Below, piece by piece: positions 38,047-48,180 of a stretch of 64,000 nt of DNA. Position 1 is the first letter of the stretch. Every line of letters starts with the position of its first letter. Location of the stretch: NCBI GenBank assembly GCA_963769655.1, contig CAVYMT010000004.1, forward strand, positions 856 through 64,855, written 5' to 3'. This stretch comes from an uncultured Rubrobacteraceae bacterium (lineage in GTDB: Bacteria; Actinomycetota; Rubrobacteria; Rubrobacterales; Rubrobacteraceae). Made by a program: the position numbers and the translations under genes. The notes under the pieces are model-generated. The model was not told where the DNA came from, ran no database searches, and was given only the letters and a program-made list of their open reading frames with translations.

Positions 38047-38679
38047 CTATCCGGCGAGGATGATGACGACGAACACGAGGTAGACGATGATGTTCACCGC
38101 CCAGCTGTTGTTGTTCATCCAGTCGCGCACCTTCGGCATGAAGTTCCGCGCGTGTCTCCGGAACAGTAGGTAGAACAAGATCGGGAGCGCCGCGACCAGC
38201 ACGGTGGCCGCTATGAACGGCAGCGCGGCCAGTACGGAGGAGCCGTGATGCTCGAGGTTTATTCCGACCGTCAGCATGATGATTATGTCGGAGGGCATCA
38301 GCAGGATCACCAGCAGCCCGGTCTTGAAGGCCAGCGAGGGGCCGGCTTGCTGGAGCCTACCCAGCCACGCTGGAGGCTCGATCGTCTCGCGCCTCACCCA
38401 GTTCTTGATGGCCAGGGCGATCAGTAGGATGACCAGGGCGTACTGGATCAGGTTGCCGATCGAAAAGGCGTCGGAGGGGTCGCCTAGTGGGATGCTGATC
38501 CCGAACAGGGAGGCGACGAACCGCATGATTATGACACCCACGGTGGCGGCGATCGCCACGCCGGCCACGAAAGCCAGGGATATCCTGACCGGCTTGGGGG
38601 CGGTGACGAAGATGATGTCCGACATGATCTGCGGTCCCAACATCATGGTGATGGCCAGGGGGAGTACCGTCAGGTCCAT
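38047..38679 (-). CDS. GAP/Sap-family membrane protein (PF11139-like)
   Basis: 210 aa, about 6 TM helices. The N-terminus MDLTVLPLAITMMLGPQIMSDIIFV and overall architecture resemble GPL/sulfolipid-addressing proteins. Confidence 0.7.
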   Translation of the reverse strand: MDLTVLPLAITMMLGPQIMSDIIFVTAPKPVRISLAFVAGVAIAATVGVIIMRFVASLFGISIPLGDPSDAFSIGNLIQYALVILLIALAIKNWVRRETIEPPAWLGRLQQAGPSLAFKTGLLVILLMPSDIIIMLTVGINLEHHGSSVLAALPFIAATVLVAALPILFYLLFRRHARNFMPKVRDWMNNNSWAVNIIVYLVFVVIILAG

Positions 38680-38862
38680 AGTCTCCTCTCGATCTTCGGT
38701 TGCTCTACGCTAATTCTGAGGGTTCATAGGCGCCAAGTCCGTCCTTTGGCTGGCGGTGATCGAGCGGATAGCTTGGCGCGCTGCTGGCTGGCTCCTCAAT
38801 CGCTTTGTTTGATCCAGCCAATGGGTTTCTCCTGTTTCGTCGCTGGTCCTTGGCTATCAACC

Positions 38863-41250
38863 CTATTGCCGCGCTATCAATACCTTAGCGTACTGCTCGG
38901 GATCGACCAGGTGACCGTGGTCGTCTTCACCGACCTTGAGTTCGACCCAGTTGATCTCACCGGAGAACTCGCTGTTCTGCGCGTCGCACTCGGGAGCAAC
39001 CGCCGTCCCGGTCTCGTAGCCGATGTCGAGGCCCTCGTCCGCCGAAAAGACGAACGGCTGGGTCGCTTCGACGCGCCCCTCGCCGACCTTGTTGCCATCG
39101 TAGTAGAGCGATACGTCACCGCCCTTGCCCAGGCCGCCGCCGTCGTAGGCGAACTCGGCGCGTACCTGGTGCTTGCCGGGCGGCACGGGCTCGTGGGCTT
39201 CGGTCGTGAAGGTCCTGACCCCCAGCAGGTTGTAGGTGAACTTCGTTGTCCCGTCCTTGGCGTAGAGGCTCCAGCCGCCGATCGCGCCGCCCTGGGCGAT
39301 GATCGTCCCGCCCGCAGGTCTATTCCCGTTCCCCCTCTGCTCGGGCACGACGACCTCGGCCGTCACGGAGAAGGACTTGTTCTTCACGCTGAGGACGCTG
39401 TTCTCGGACAGGTGGCTCATACCGGGGTAGAAGACCTGGGCGTTGCCCCTGACTAGCTGCGGACGGCCGGCCAGGTCCGGGTTCAGGCGCTCGGCGGCCC
39501 GGTCGTCGAGCGGGATGACGTTGTACTTGGTCGCCTCGATCAAGAACAGGCGCTGCAGCTCGTGCAGCTTCTCGGGCATCTCCTTGGCGAGGTCGTGCGC
39601 CTGGCTGTAGTCCTTGCTCCCGTCGTAGAGCTCCCAGATGTCGTCGTCGAACGCGGGCAGCTCGACCGCGCCGAGCACCCAGGGTGTGCGGTGCTTGGTC
39701 ACGGCGCTCCAGCCCTGGAAGTAGACGCCGCGGTTGCCAAACATCTCGAAGTACTGCAGGTCGTGTCGCTCGGGTGCCTCGGCCGCGTCGAAACTGTAGA
39801 GCATGCTCGTGCCTTCGTAGGGGCTCTGCGTAACCCCGTTGACCATCGTCGGCTCGGGGATGCCGGCCACTTCGAGCACCGTGGGCGCGATGTCGATTAC
39901 GTGGGTGAACTGCTGCCGTACCTCGCCTTTGGCCTCGATGCCCTTGGGCCAGTGGACGATCGTGCCGTTGCGGGTGCCGCCCCAGTGAGAGGCGACCTGC
40001 TTCGTCCACCGGAAAGGCGTGTCCATCGCGTGCGCCCAGCCGACCGCGTAGTGGTTGTACGACTCCGGCCCGCCGAACTTGTCGAGGCGCTCCGCCATGA
40101 ACTCGGGTGTCTGGATCGCGCCCATCCCGTTGAAGTCGATCATCTCGTTGAACGAGCCCTGGAAGGAGCCCTCGGCGGAGGCGCCGTTGTCGCCGATCAT
40201 CAGGTAGATCAGGGTATCGTCGAGGGTCCCCAGCTCCTCGATCGCGTCGAGCAGCCGGCCGACATGATGATCGGTGTGCGAGAGGAAGGCGGCGTAGATC
40301 TCCATCTGGCGCTCGAGGACCGGCTTCGTCTCGGTCGGCATGTCGTCCCAGGCCGGGATCTCCGCATGCCGCTCCGTCAGCTCCGCGTCCGCCGGGATGA
40401 CGCCCATCTCCTTCTGCCTGGCGAAGGTGATCTTGCGCTGTTCGTCCCAGCCGTGCGCGAACTTGCCCCTGTACTTCTCGATCCACTCCTTCGACACGTG
40501 GTGCGGTGCGTGCGTCGCGCCGGGGGCGAAGTACATGAAGAACGGCTTGTCGGGCATCAGCGCCTCCTGGGAGCGCACCCAGTTGATCGCGTGATCGGCG
40601 AGGTCCTCGGTGAGGTGGTAGCCCTCCTCCGGGGTCTTGGGCGGCTCGACAGGCGTCGTGCCCTCGTAGAGCGACGGGTACCACTGGTTGTCCTCGCCGC
40701 CGATGAAGCCGTAGAAGTACTCGAACCCGGAACCGGTCGGCCACATGTCGAACGGCCCCATCGGGCTCGACTGCCACACGGGCACCTCGTGGCACTTGCC
40801 GAACTGCGACGTCGAGTAACCGTTCAGCGTGAGCGTCTGGGCGAGCGGGGCCTTTGTGTTCGGCCGCAGCGAGTTGTTGCCCGGGGCAGAGGTCGCGATC
40901 TCCGTGATGCCGCCCATGCAGACGGAGTGGTGGTTGCGGCCGGTGAGCAGAGCCGCCCGTGTAGGCGCGCACAGGGCCGTCGTGTGGAAGCGGTTGTAGC
41001 GGAGGCCCTGGTTCGCGAGCCTCTCGAAGTTCGGCGTCTCGCACGGCCCACCGAAGGCACTCGAGGCGCCGAAGCCCACGTCGTCGAGCAGGATTACAAG
41101 GACGTTAGGAGCACCACCGGGTGGCCGCACGGGCTCGATCGGCGGGTACCGGGTGTTCGGATCCTTCGCGTCGTAGGTCGTGAGGCCCGTGTGTGTCTGG
41201 TCGGGGATCGGCAGGATCGCCCGCTGCGCTTTGTCATGCTGGTTCATCAA
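38863..41250 (-). CDS. arylsulfatase (Cys-type, formylglycine-dependent)
   Basis: 795 aa with the sulfatase signature TTALCAPTRAALLTGRNHH (CxPxR) and the N-terminal metal-binding segment LLDDVGFG. Confidence 0.9.
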   Translation of the reverse strand: MMNQHDKAQRAILPIPDQTHTGLTTYDAKDPNTRYPPIEPVRPPGGAPNVLVILLDDVGFGASSAFGGPCETPNFERLANQGLRYNRFHTTALCAPTRAALLTGRNHHSVCMGGITEIATSAPGNNSLRPNTKAPLAQTLTLNGYSTSQFGKCHEVPVWQSSPMGPFDMWPTGSGFEYFYGFIGGEDNQWYPSLYEGTTPVEPPKTPEEGYHLTEDLADHAINWVRSQEALMPDKPFFMYFAPGATHAPHHVSKEWIEKYRGKFAHGWDEQRKITFARQKEMGVIPADAELTERHAEIPAWDDMPTETKPVLERQMEIYAAFLSHTDHHVGRLLDAIEELGTLDDTLIYLMIGDNGASAEGSFQGSFNEMIDFNGMGAIQTPEFMAERLDKFGGPESYNHYAVGWAHAMDTPFRWTKQVASHWGGTRNGTIVHWPKGIEAKGEVRQQFTHVIDIAPTVLEVAGIPEPTMVNGVTQSPYEGTSMLYSFDAAEAPERHDLQYFEMFGNRGVYFQGWSAVTKHRTPWVLGAVELPAFDDDIWELYDGSKDYSQAHDLAKEMPEKLHELQRLFLIEATKYNVIPLDDRAAERLNPDLAGRPQLVRGNAQVFYPGMSHLSENSVLSVKNKSFSVTAEVVVPEQRGNGNRPAGGTIIAQGGAIGGWSLYAKDGTTKFTYNLLGVRTFTTEAHEPVPPGKHQVRAEFAYDGGGLGKGGDVSLYYDGNKVGEGRVEATQPFVFSADEGLDIGYETGTAVAPECDAQNSEFSGEINWVELKVGEDDHGHLVDPEQYAKVLIARQ

Positions 41251-41285
41251 CTGCTACCTCCTTGAGGTTGCTTTTGCGCCACGGT

Positions 41286-42446
41286 TTACAGTTCGCTAGA
41301 CCGTGCCCCGGGAACAGGATCGTCCGGAGCAGGAGTATCGGGAGCAGGGACCTCGGGGGCGCTGCTGTCCGGAGCGCCGATACCCATGAGGCTCGCGAGC
41401 CAGCGCGTCTCTGGGAACGTTCCGAGCATCAACACCACGAAGATCGTGAGGGGCGCCGCTAGGAACGCGCCCGGGCCGCCAAGCACAAAAGCCCAGAAGA
41501 TAAACCCTATAAAGAGGACCGTCGGAGAGAGGCTGAGCCCCCGGCCCATCAGCATCGGCGACACGAGGTTCTCGGCCAGGACGTTGATCACTATGACCCC
41601 CGCGATGACCAGCAATGCTTGCTCCACACCGGATTCCGCCAGGGCCAGAACTACCGCCGGCGCCACCGCCAACGGCAGGCCGATCCAGGGTATGAAGCTC
41701 AGGAAGAAGGTCAAAACACCCCACATGATCGCGAAGTCCACCCCAAGGACCAGCAGCAAGACGACCACGCCCGCGCCCGTGAAGAGGTTGACCAGGGCGC
41801 GCAACCCGAGCTGGCGCACGACGTTGCGGCCGAAGACGGTCAGCCGCTCGACCTGCGGATGGTCCTCGGCCACGCTGGCGCGCAGCCTGTTCATCATGGC
41901 GGGCCCCTCTGCCAGCAAGAACATCACGATGATCAAGATGAGGAACAGGTTGCTCAGGACGCCGGCGACGCCGCCCAGGACGGTGCCGACGGCCCCGATG
42001 AGGTCGCTGGGTTTGACGGCGTCGCTCAGATTAACGTCCGAAAGCCCCAGACGCTTGACTAGGGCATCGATGTTGTCAAACTGCCCGTTCAGCTTCCCTG
42101 TGTAGGATGCAATATCCGCGCTGAACCTGCTGATCGAGACGCTCAAGATGAAAAACAACCCCACGAAGAGGACGGTCAGCCCCACCAGCATGATCACGAG
42201 GGCTAGCGGGGTGGGGACCCCGCGCCGCTTTATCCAGGAGTAGACCGGGCTGAACAGGAGGCTCAGGACCAACGCGAAGAAGATGGGGTTGAGGATCGAC
42301 GCGGCCAGGCGCATCCCGACCAGCACGACCACGGTCGCGGCGAGGACGAGCATCACCCGCAAGAAGGAGGGTTGGCCCAGTGCGGTGGTCACGGCCGAAC
42401 CGAGGCTGGTCCTGTCACTTGCCGGGTTGTTGGGGGATTCGTTCAC
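41286..42446 (-). CDS. AI-2E family transporter (PerM/UPF0118)
   Basis: Multi-TM protein with typical AI-2E architecture. GTG 42446 follows GGAGG; the ORF track extends to TTG 42503. Confidence 0.85.
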   Translation of the reverse strand: MNESPNNPASDRTSLGSAVTTALGQPSFLRVMLVLAATVVVLVGMRLAASILNPIFFALVLSLLFSPVYSWIKRRGVPTPLALVIMLVGLTVLFVGLFFILSVSISRFSADIASYTGKLNGQFDNIDALVKRLGLSDVNLSDAVKPSDLIGAVGTVLGGVAGVLSNLFLILIIVMFLLAEGPAMMNRLRASVAEDHPQVERLTVFGRNVVRQLGLRALVNLFTGAGVVVLLLVLGVDFAIMWGVLTFFLSFIPWIGLPLAVAPAVVLALAESGVEQALLVIAGVIVINVLAENLVSPMLMGRGLSLSPTVLFIGFIFWAFVLGGPGAFLAAPLTIFVVLMLGTFPETRWLASLMGIGAPDSSAPEVPAPDTPAPDDPVPGARSSEL

Positions 42447-42521
42447 GATCCAGCCTCCGAGTTGGGCCTGGCTCTGGTGCTCTCCAAATCCCTTACCCTC
42501 CAACCGCCTACCACGGCTACC

Positions 42522-43769
42522 TCAGTCAGATGCAGTAGGCGGCGATGCCGACGCGACGGCGGGCTCGTTGGCCTCCCGGCTGGTTCGCCGGTAAGCCAGC
42601 ACCTCGGTGACTACTATCCGGATGATCTCGGCCACCGGGATGGCGAGCAACGCGCCGACGATGCCGAGCAGCTGCGCGCCTATCATAAGGGCGATCAGGA
42701 TCGCAAGCCCGTTGAGCTGGACGGCTTTGCTGTAGACCACCGGTTGGAGGACGTTGCTCTCCACCTGCTGATAGATCAGGACGAAGACGAGCAACACCAA
42801 AGCCTTCCAGGGTTCGACGAACAGGCCCACGACGACGAGCACCGCCCCACCGATGGTCGCGCCGACCAGCGGTACGAGGTCCAGCAAAGCAACCAGCAGC
42901 GCCAGCGGGGCAGCGTAGGGCATGCCAAGGACCAACAGCACGATGAAGGTGGTGACACCGCAGATCAAGCTGACGGCGAGGTTGCCTGAGACGTAGCCGC
43001 TGATCGCCCCCCCCGACTGGGTGAGCAGGCGCCGCACGAGCGGCTGGTGGGTATCCGAGAAGAGTCCTACCCCGGCGTTGAGATACCGTTCGCTGCCCAG
43101 GAGCAGGAAGAAGGTGAGCGTCAGAATGGTCAACAGAGAGACGACGGCTCCGGCAATGCTAGAGAATATAGCCCCGCTGGACGCGAAGAGGTTCCTTAGC
43201 AGGTCCGCCAGCTGGGTCCTGACATTGTCGAGTTGGTCGCTAAACTGCTTGAACAGCCCACCGAGCCCGTTCTGCTCGGCGAGTCCCTTGATGTATGCGG
43301 TCGGTCCTTCGGGAGCCTTGGCAGCAGAGGCAATGAAGTTGGTAAGGCCCTGGATCTGATCCACCAGCACGGGTATGAAGATCCCCACAACAAAAAGCAT
43401 CGCCACTAGCAGCCCGATATAGGTGAGCAGAATACAGAGGCTGCGCTTCATCAGCCTGTGGCGGCGCTGGAGCCAGTTGACCAGCGGGTTGAGCACCGCC
43501 GCCATAAAGAGGGCGATGACGAACCAGCCGATGAAGGTGCGCACCTGCCAGAGGAGGAAGAGCGCGCCCAGCACCAACGCTGCGGTGAGTAAGGCAACGG
43601 CGACCGTGCGCATCACTTGCGAAGTCGAGGCGCGTACCCACGCTGCATCCTGGCTGGGCGTTGACGTGCTTGGCTCCGCAAGCTCCGTAGAAACGGTCGG
43701 AGGTTGTGCCTGGGATTTTTCCTGGGGTTCTGCCTGCGAGTCCCTCTGTGTGCCTTTTACTTCGTCCAT
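42522..43769 (-). CDS. AI-2E family transporter (paralog)
   Basis: 415 aa with the same architecture: ...LDLVPLVGATIGGAVLVVVGL...LQPVVYSKAVQLNGLAILIAL... Confidence 0.85.
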   Translation of the reverse strand: MDEVKGTQRDSQAEPQEKSQAQPPTVSTELAEPSTSTPSQDAAWVRASTSQVMRTVAVALLTAALVLGALFLLWQVRTFIGWFVIALFMAAVLNPLVNWLQRRHRLMKRSLCILLTYIGLLVAMLFVVGIFIPVLVDQIQGLTNFIASAAKAPEGPTAYIKGLAEQNGLGGLFKQFSDQLDNVRTQLADLLRNLFASSGAIFSSIAGAVVSLLTILTLTFFLLLGSERYLNAGVGLFSDTHQPLVRRLLTQSGGAISGYVSGNLAVSLICGVTTFIVLLVLGMPYAAPLALLVALLDLVPLVGATIGGAVLVVVGLFVEPWKALVLLVFVLIYQQVESNVLQPVVYSKAVQLNGLAILIALMIGAQLLGIVGALLAIPVAEIIRIVVTEVLAYRRTSREANEPAVASASPPTASD

Positions 43770-43927
43770 ATCTGTAGCTCCTACTGTTCTCTAGGGTGCG
43801 ACTCTTCAGCCGCGCCGAGTCGATTGGCAATCGAAGTCCCCATGTACCGGGCTCCTTCCATCTCGCTATCTCATTGGGTCTCCTCCGCTACTTTGGCAGA
43901 GCCCAAGCGGGTCGGCAGCCATACCGC

Positions 43928-45148
43928 TCATTGCTTCTCCGGCGCGTCCGCGGCCATCCCCTGAACACGGTGGGCGTACGCGGCCGAGAGCGGGGCGGCC
44001 GTGACCCCGTGCAAGAGCACGCTAAGGAGCACGGTCAGGGCCACCACAGACACGATCTGCCCGCGCCCTTCAAGCAAGGGAGCCTCCGATACCACGACTA
44101 GGCCAAGCACGATCGAGGCGAGCCCCCGCGGACCGAACCAGCCCGCGAACAGCACCGAGACGCCGCGCAGGTGCGCTCCGACCAGGCTAACCGCGACCGG
44201 GAGCATGCGGATCACGGTCAAACTCAAGATGGCATAAAGGACTACCTCCCAGCTCATGGGTTGGACCAGGCCGATCACGAACACCCCGAAGATGAAGAAC
44301 ACGCTCAGGTTGAGAAGCTGCCCTTCGGCCTCGGTGAAGCTCATGAGTCGCTCTCCAACCCGCTTTACGGCCGGCCCGATCGCCAGGCCGCCGACAAAGG
44401 CAGCGATGAAGCCGTTGCCCCCTATCTGGTCTGCCAGCGTGTAGGCGACCAGCGCTAGCGCCAGGAAGGCGAGTCGCTGGAAGGATCCTGTCATCCACTC
44501 CCGCTGCGAGGCCCGGCTCATCAACCAGCCTCCCGCCAGACCGATGCCCACGCCGACCAGAACCCCAAACCCTATCTGCTCCAGGGAGAAGCGTATCCAG
44601 AAGCTCGCGGGATCCAGTTCCTCTCCGGCCACCGCCAGGGCCAAGAAGAGGGTCAAGAAGGGCACCGAAAGGCCGTCGTTGAGTCCGGCCTCGACGTTCA
44701 GGGCCTGGCGCAAGCGGGCCGGGACGCGAGGGTTGCTCACCACCGCCTCGCCCAGCGCAGCGTCTGTTGGGGCAAGGACCGTGCCCACGATGGCGGCCTC
44801 CCAGAAGGACAGGTCGGTGAGCAGCAGCGCCGCGGCAACGGTACCCAGAGCGATCGTGAGCGGCATCCCGATGCCGAGGAGGCGCAGGGGCAATCCCTCG
44901 TTTCTTTGAAGGGACGAGAAGTTGATCCCCGCGGCAACGGTGAACAGCACGAGTGCCAGGGCGATCTCGCCCAGCAAGAGCACGCGGTGGTCGTCGAGCC
45001 CGAACTCGACCAGGCCGAGCCCGTGGGGGCCGAGGACGATACCCGCCGCGACGAACGCTATCGGCGCCGTGAGAATGGTCCCCTCCAGCCGGCGCGAGAC
45101 GAGGCCGAAGGCGAAGACGACGCCGGCTAGCACGGCGAGATCAACCAC
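43928..45148 (-). CDS. cation:proton antiporter (CPA1, Na+/H+ exchanger type)
   Basis: 406 aa, 11-12 TM helices, with segments such as APTDAALGEAVV and LNDGLSVPF typical of Na_H_Exchanger proteins. Confidence 0.9.
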   Translation of the reverse strand: MVDLAVLAGVVFAFGLVSRRLEGTILTAPIAFVAAGIVLGPHGLGLVEFGLDDHRVLLLGEIALALVLFTVAAGINFSSLQRNEGLPLRLLGIGMPLTIALGTVAAALLLTDLSFWEAAIVGTVLAPTDAALGEAVVSNPRVPARLRQALNVEAGLNDGLSVPFLTLFLALAVAGEELDPASFWIRFSLEQIGFGVLVGVGIGLAGGWLMSRASQREWMTGSFQRLAFLALALVAYTLADQIGGNGFIAAFVGGLAIGPAVKRVGERLMSFTEAEGQLLNLSVFFIFGVFVIGLVQPMSWEVVLYAILSLTVIRMLPVAVSLVGAHLRGVSVLFAGWFGPRGLASIVLGLVVVSEAPLLEGRGQIVSVVALTVLLSVLLHGVTAAPLSAAYAHRVQGMAADAPEKQ

Positions 45149-45303
45149 CGTGGGCTCCGGGAGCGCACTGAACTCCCGACTTGCGGGAGCCAGGAAGGAG
45201 CGTCTCTCTCCCTAACTGATTTCCGCGCGCGTATGATAGTGGCGGTTGGCGGAGGGGTTCGGCAAGCTTATTCATCGAGGATCTTTGACGGCCAGCCATT
45301 CTC

Positions 45304-45956
45304 CTATCCACCGTAGAGGCTCCTCAGAAGGAAGAAAGCTCCGAATACGAAGCAAAGAACGGCCGTGATCGCGCGATTGTTCTTGTCCATCCAGGCTCGC
45401 AAGGAGCCGAGGATTCGCGAGGCCCGCTGGGGCACGGCGCGTAGAGGCCGATGAGGTCCAGAATCGGGACGGCAAAGATGAGGAGCACTATCCCGAGCGC
45501 CACGACGTTGCCTTGAGGGTTGAGGCTCCCCACGGCGATCAGGTCGATGCACGCCACGAAGATGGGGAGGTTCTTGATCTGGATCGGAAAGAGCGCCGTG
45601 CCCAGCCCGAAGGCCCTGGCAGGCGACATGGAGCTCACCGACTTCGTCCACCTCGGCTGTTGAACGTCGGGATCCGGCGCGCGGAGCAGGGTCCTGACAC
45701 CAAAGAGGAGGAGCAGCGCGCCGATCGACGCGCCGAGCACGCGGCCGACAGTGGAGACGGCCTCCCCCGCTCCGCCGAAGAGCGTGAGACCCGCGATGCC
45801 TATCGCCGCGCAGGTGGTGAAGTAGCCGGGCGCGAGTGCCGTTGCGTTGGGTAGGGGTCTGCTGGAGCCTAGGAGCAATATTGTGAGGAGCAGGATAGGC
45901 GGCGCGATCGAGCCGCCGACCGCCAGGGGTACGAGCCCTGGGAGCAGATCGCTCAC
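45304..45956 (-). pseudogene. GAP/Sap-family membrane protein, frameshifted near 45440
   Basis: VSDLLPGLVPLAVGGSIAPPILLLTILLLGS... parallels the N-terminus of 38047..38679. The C-terminus RASRILGSLRAWMDKNNRAITAVLCFVFGAFFLLRSLYGG* lies in another frame. Confidence 0.6.
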
Positions 45957-46204
45957 GGAGTTTCTGCTCGCCACAGCCTCGACCAGGCGGGTGCGGATAG
46001 TTAACGCTGAGGGTGAGCGCAGCGGGGAAAGGGTGGCTACGGACAGTGGATATCCTCGCCAAGGTAGTTCCCTGTAGTTGGGAGTGCCTACCATGACCGC
46101 CCAGAGTCCGTTTATCCATTCGCTGCCGTCACTCCACGGTGTCGTTTTTCGCCTTGGGGCGCCCGCAAGTAGCACGCCCCAAAGCGATTCGGTCCACGTT
46201 AGTG

Positions 46205-46699
46205 TTACTCCGTGTGCGCGAAAGCTTCGCGTAATTGCTTCTCCTGCTCCTCCGGCAGGTTCGTCGAGATGATCTCGAAGTCGTAGGCTTTGAGCTCGTC
46301 TACCACCTTATCTACCGCCGTTGCCCCGCTGGTCAGCGCGAACAGGGCCGATGTGCCCTCCGTCACTTTATCGCGCACTTGCTTGATGAAGTCGTCGCTT
46401 ATGCCCACGTCGGCCAGGGCGCCCGACATGCCGCCCATGCCTGCGCCTATCGCCGCGCCGAGGAAGGGCACGAAGAAGATCAGCCCGAACAGGAAACCCC
46501 AGAAGGCGCCCCAACCCGCGCCCGCGCCGGCCATGCTGTGTAGCTGGTGGGTCGACGGCTTCTTGTTGCCCTGGGGCCAGCTGACGACCGCGGCGTCCTC
46601 CAGGGTGATCAGCTCCCTCTCCTGCATTCCCTGCAGGGCCACCATGACCCGGTCTGCTCCGTAAGGGTCGCTGAACTTCAGTACCGATAGCGTCGCCAC
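46205..46699 (-). CDS. DUF1269 domain membrane protein
   Basis: VATLSVLKFSDPYGADRV...LEDAAVVSW...GAFWGFLFGLIFFVPFLGAAIGAGMGGMSGALADVGISDDFIKQV...SALFAL matches the DUF1269 pattern. GTG 46699 follows AGAGGAGGA. Confidence 0.85.
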   Translation of the reverse strand: MATLSVLKFSDPYGADRVMVALQGMQERELITLEDAAVVSWPQGNKKPSTHQLHSMAGAGAGWGAFWGFLFGLIFFVPFLGAAIGAGMGGMSGALADVGISDDFIKQVRDKVTEGTSALFALTSGATAVDKVVDELKAYDFEIISTNLPEEQEKQLREAFAHTE

Positions 46700-47010
46700 T
46701 TGCGTCCTCCTCTGTGTTGGCGTGTGTGGATCGCGATGCCTGCTTCGAGGAACGATCGGGGGGAGACCTGCCCCCGACCTCACACCCTTGATGGATGCGG
46801 ACCCCGGCCACCAAAGTCGCCCCTGATCCTTCAGAGCTCCAGCCTTTCTCAAGGTGGGACCGGATGGTGATTCTTACGCGGATTGTCGAGCCTCCTGTCG
46901 GGTTGCTCGGTTGCTTGCTCATCCGCTGGGCCTCGAGAACCGAGCCTCTTGACAAGACCGATCAAGCCGACGAAGTGCCATGCTCATCCGAGCCCGGCAC
47001 CGGAAGGTGC

Positions 47011-47466
47011 TCAGGCGCTCTCGAGTTGGTCGGAGTACCTGGCGAGCGCGTAGATGACCATCACACAAAGCGCGATGACCACCACCGCTAGGACCGGCGC
47101 GGCCGGGATGACAAAGAGCCACCTGATGGCGGCCACGATGGCAAAGAGGTAGCCCATCGTCCGACCGAAGCTCCCTCCTCTCAGGAGGTCTATGCCCGCG
47201 TACAGCGCGATTAGCGCGACGATCAAGTCGACGATGCCCCAGAAAACGAAGTTCGCGTACACCAGGTTCCCCGCTTCGGTCACCCACCAGCCGGTGCCCG
47301 TGAACGCAAGAAGCGCGCTCAAGGCCTCCAAGCCAGCAACCACGAACATTAGGACCGCGGCGAAGGTGACCATGCCGGGCCTGTGCGTTACTGCCCTGGC
47401 CTCGACCGGATCCTCCGTACGATCGCCGATTCCTCCCGGGACCGGATCTCTGTGTTGTTCCGCCAT
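47011..47466 (-). CDS. DUF7144-like membrane protein
   Basis: 151 aa, 4 TM helices: FAAVLMFVVAGLEALSAL...FWGIVDLIVALIALYAGIDLLRG...RTMGYLFAIVAAIRWLFVIP... Confidence 0.6.
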   Translation of the reverse strand: MAEQHRDPVPGGIGDRTEDPVEARAVTHRPGMVTFAAVLMFVVAGLEALSALLAFTGTGWWVTEAGNLVYANFVFWGIVDLIVALIALYAGIDLLRGGSFGRTMGYLFAIVAAIRWLFVIPAAPVLAVVVIALCVMVIYALARYSDQLESA

Positions 47467-47502
47467 TTTCGCTCCCCTTTCACTTGCTGCAGCCTCTGGG
47501 GA

Positions 47503-47997
47503 CTACATCGCGTCGATCGTCTTCTCCATCTCCCTGGCGTCCGCCCTGACCTCCTTCTTCAGCTCCTTCTTGGCCCGGGCGGTCGCCTCATCGACCGCCC
47601 GCTCGATCGTCGCCTCGCCGACCACGATCAGGGCCGCCTCGCTCTCGTCGAGCATCTCGCCGATCTCCTTCAGGTCAGAGTTGGACATCCCGCCCCGGAG
47701 GTGTCCGATGAGCGCACCCGCTCCAGCCCCCGCCAGCCCGCTGACCAGGATCGAAGGAGGAAAGATGAGGCCGATCGCCGCACCGGCCGCCAGGCCGGCC
47801 CAGCCTCCGTGCTGGGTCGGCTTCTCGGTCTTGTCGACTACCTTGACCTTGCCGTTTTCGTTCTTGGTGATGACCGCGGCGTCGTAAGTGCCAACGACGT
47901 GCTCGCGGTGCAGCTCCTTGAGCGCCTTGAGGTCGGCCTTCGCGTCGTCAACGCTCTCGTACTCGCCCGCGTAGAGGAACATCGGGTTATCGCTCAC
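47503..47997 (-). CDS. DUF1269-like stress-type protein with a Gly-zipper membrane segment
   Basis: YESVDDAKADLKALKELHREHVVGTYDAAVITKNENGKVKV...GGWAGLAAGAAIGLIF...GLAGAGAGALIGHL...EAALIVVG. GTG start 47997. Confidence 0.75.
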   Translation of the reverse strand: MSDNPMFLYAGEYESVDDAKADLKALKELHREHVVGTYDAAVITKNENGKVKVVDKTEKPTQHGGWAGLAAGAAIGLIFPPSILVSGLAGAGAGALIGHLRGGMSNSDLKEIGEMLDESEAALIVVGEATIERAVDEATARAKKELKKEVRADAREMEKTIDAM

Positions 47998-48123
47998 TCA
48001 AGTCTTCCTTTCGCTGTGTTTTGTCTTGCCCTGACTTCGTGACCTTCTGGTGTTGCCCCGTGCCCCGAATCGATCCAGGCAGCTCTCCTTTTCTGGATTG
48101 CTCGTCTCTTCCCGTATGTCAAT

Positions 48124-48180
48124 CTACCCTCGCTCCAGCAGGGGTTCATCACCCGGCAGAAGGTTTCCCCTAGGGGAATT
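48124..48180 (-). promoter_or_regulatory. short-form copy C of the leader element, with the perfect palindrome TTCCCCTAGGGGAA
   Basis: The reverse complement AATTCCCCTAGGGGAAACCTTCTGCCGGGTGATGAACCCCTGCTGGAGCGAGGGTAG shares the CCTAGGGGAAA-N9-GGGTGA frame with copies A and B. Confidence 0.45.
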
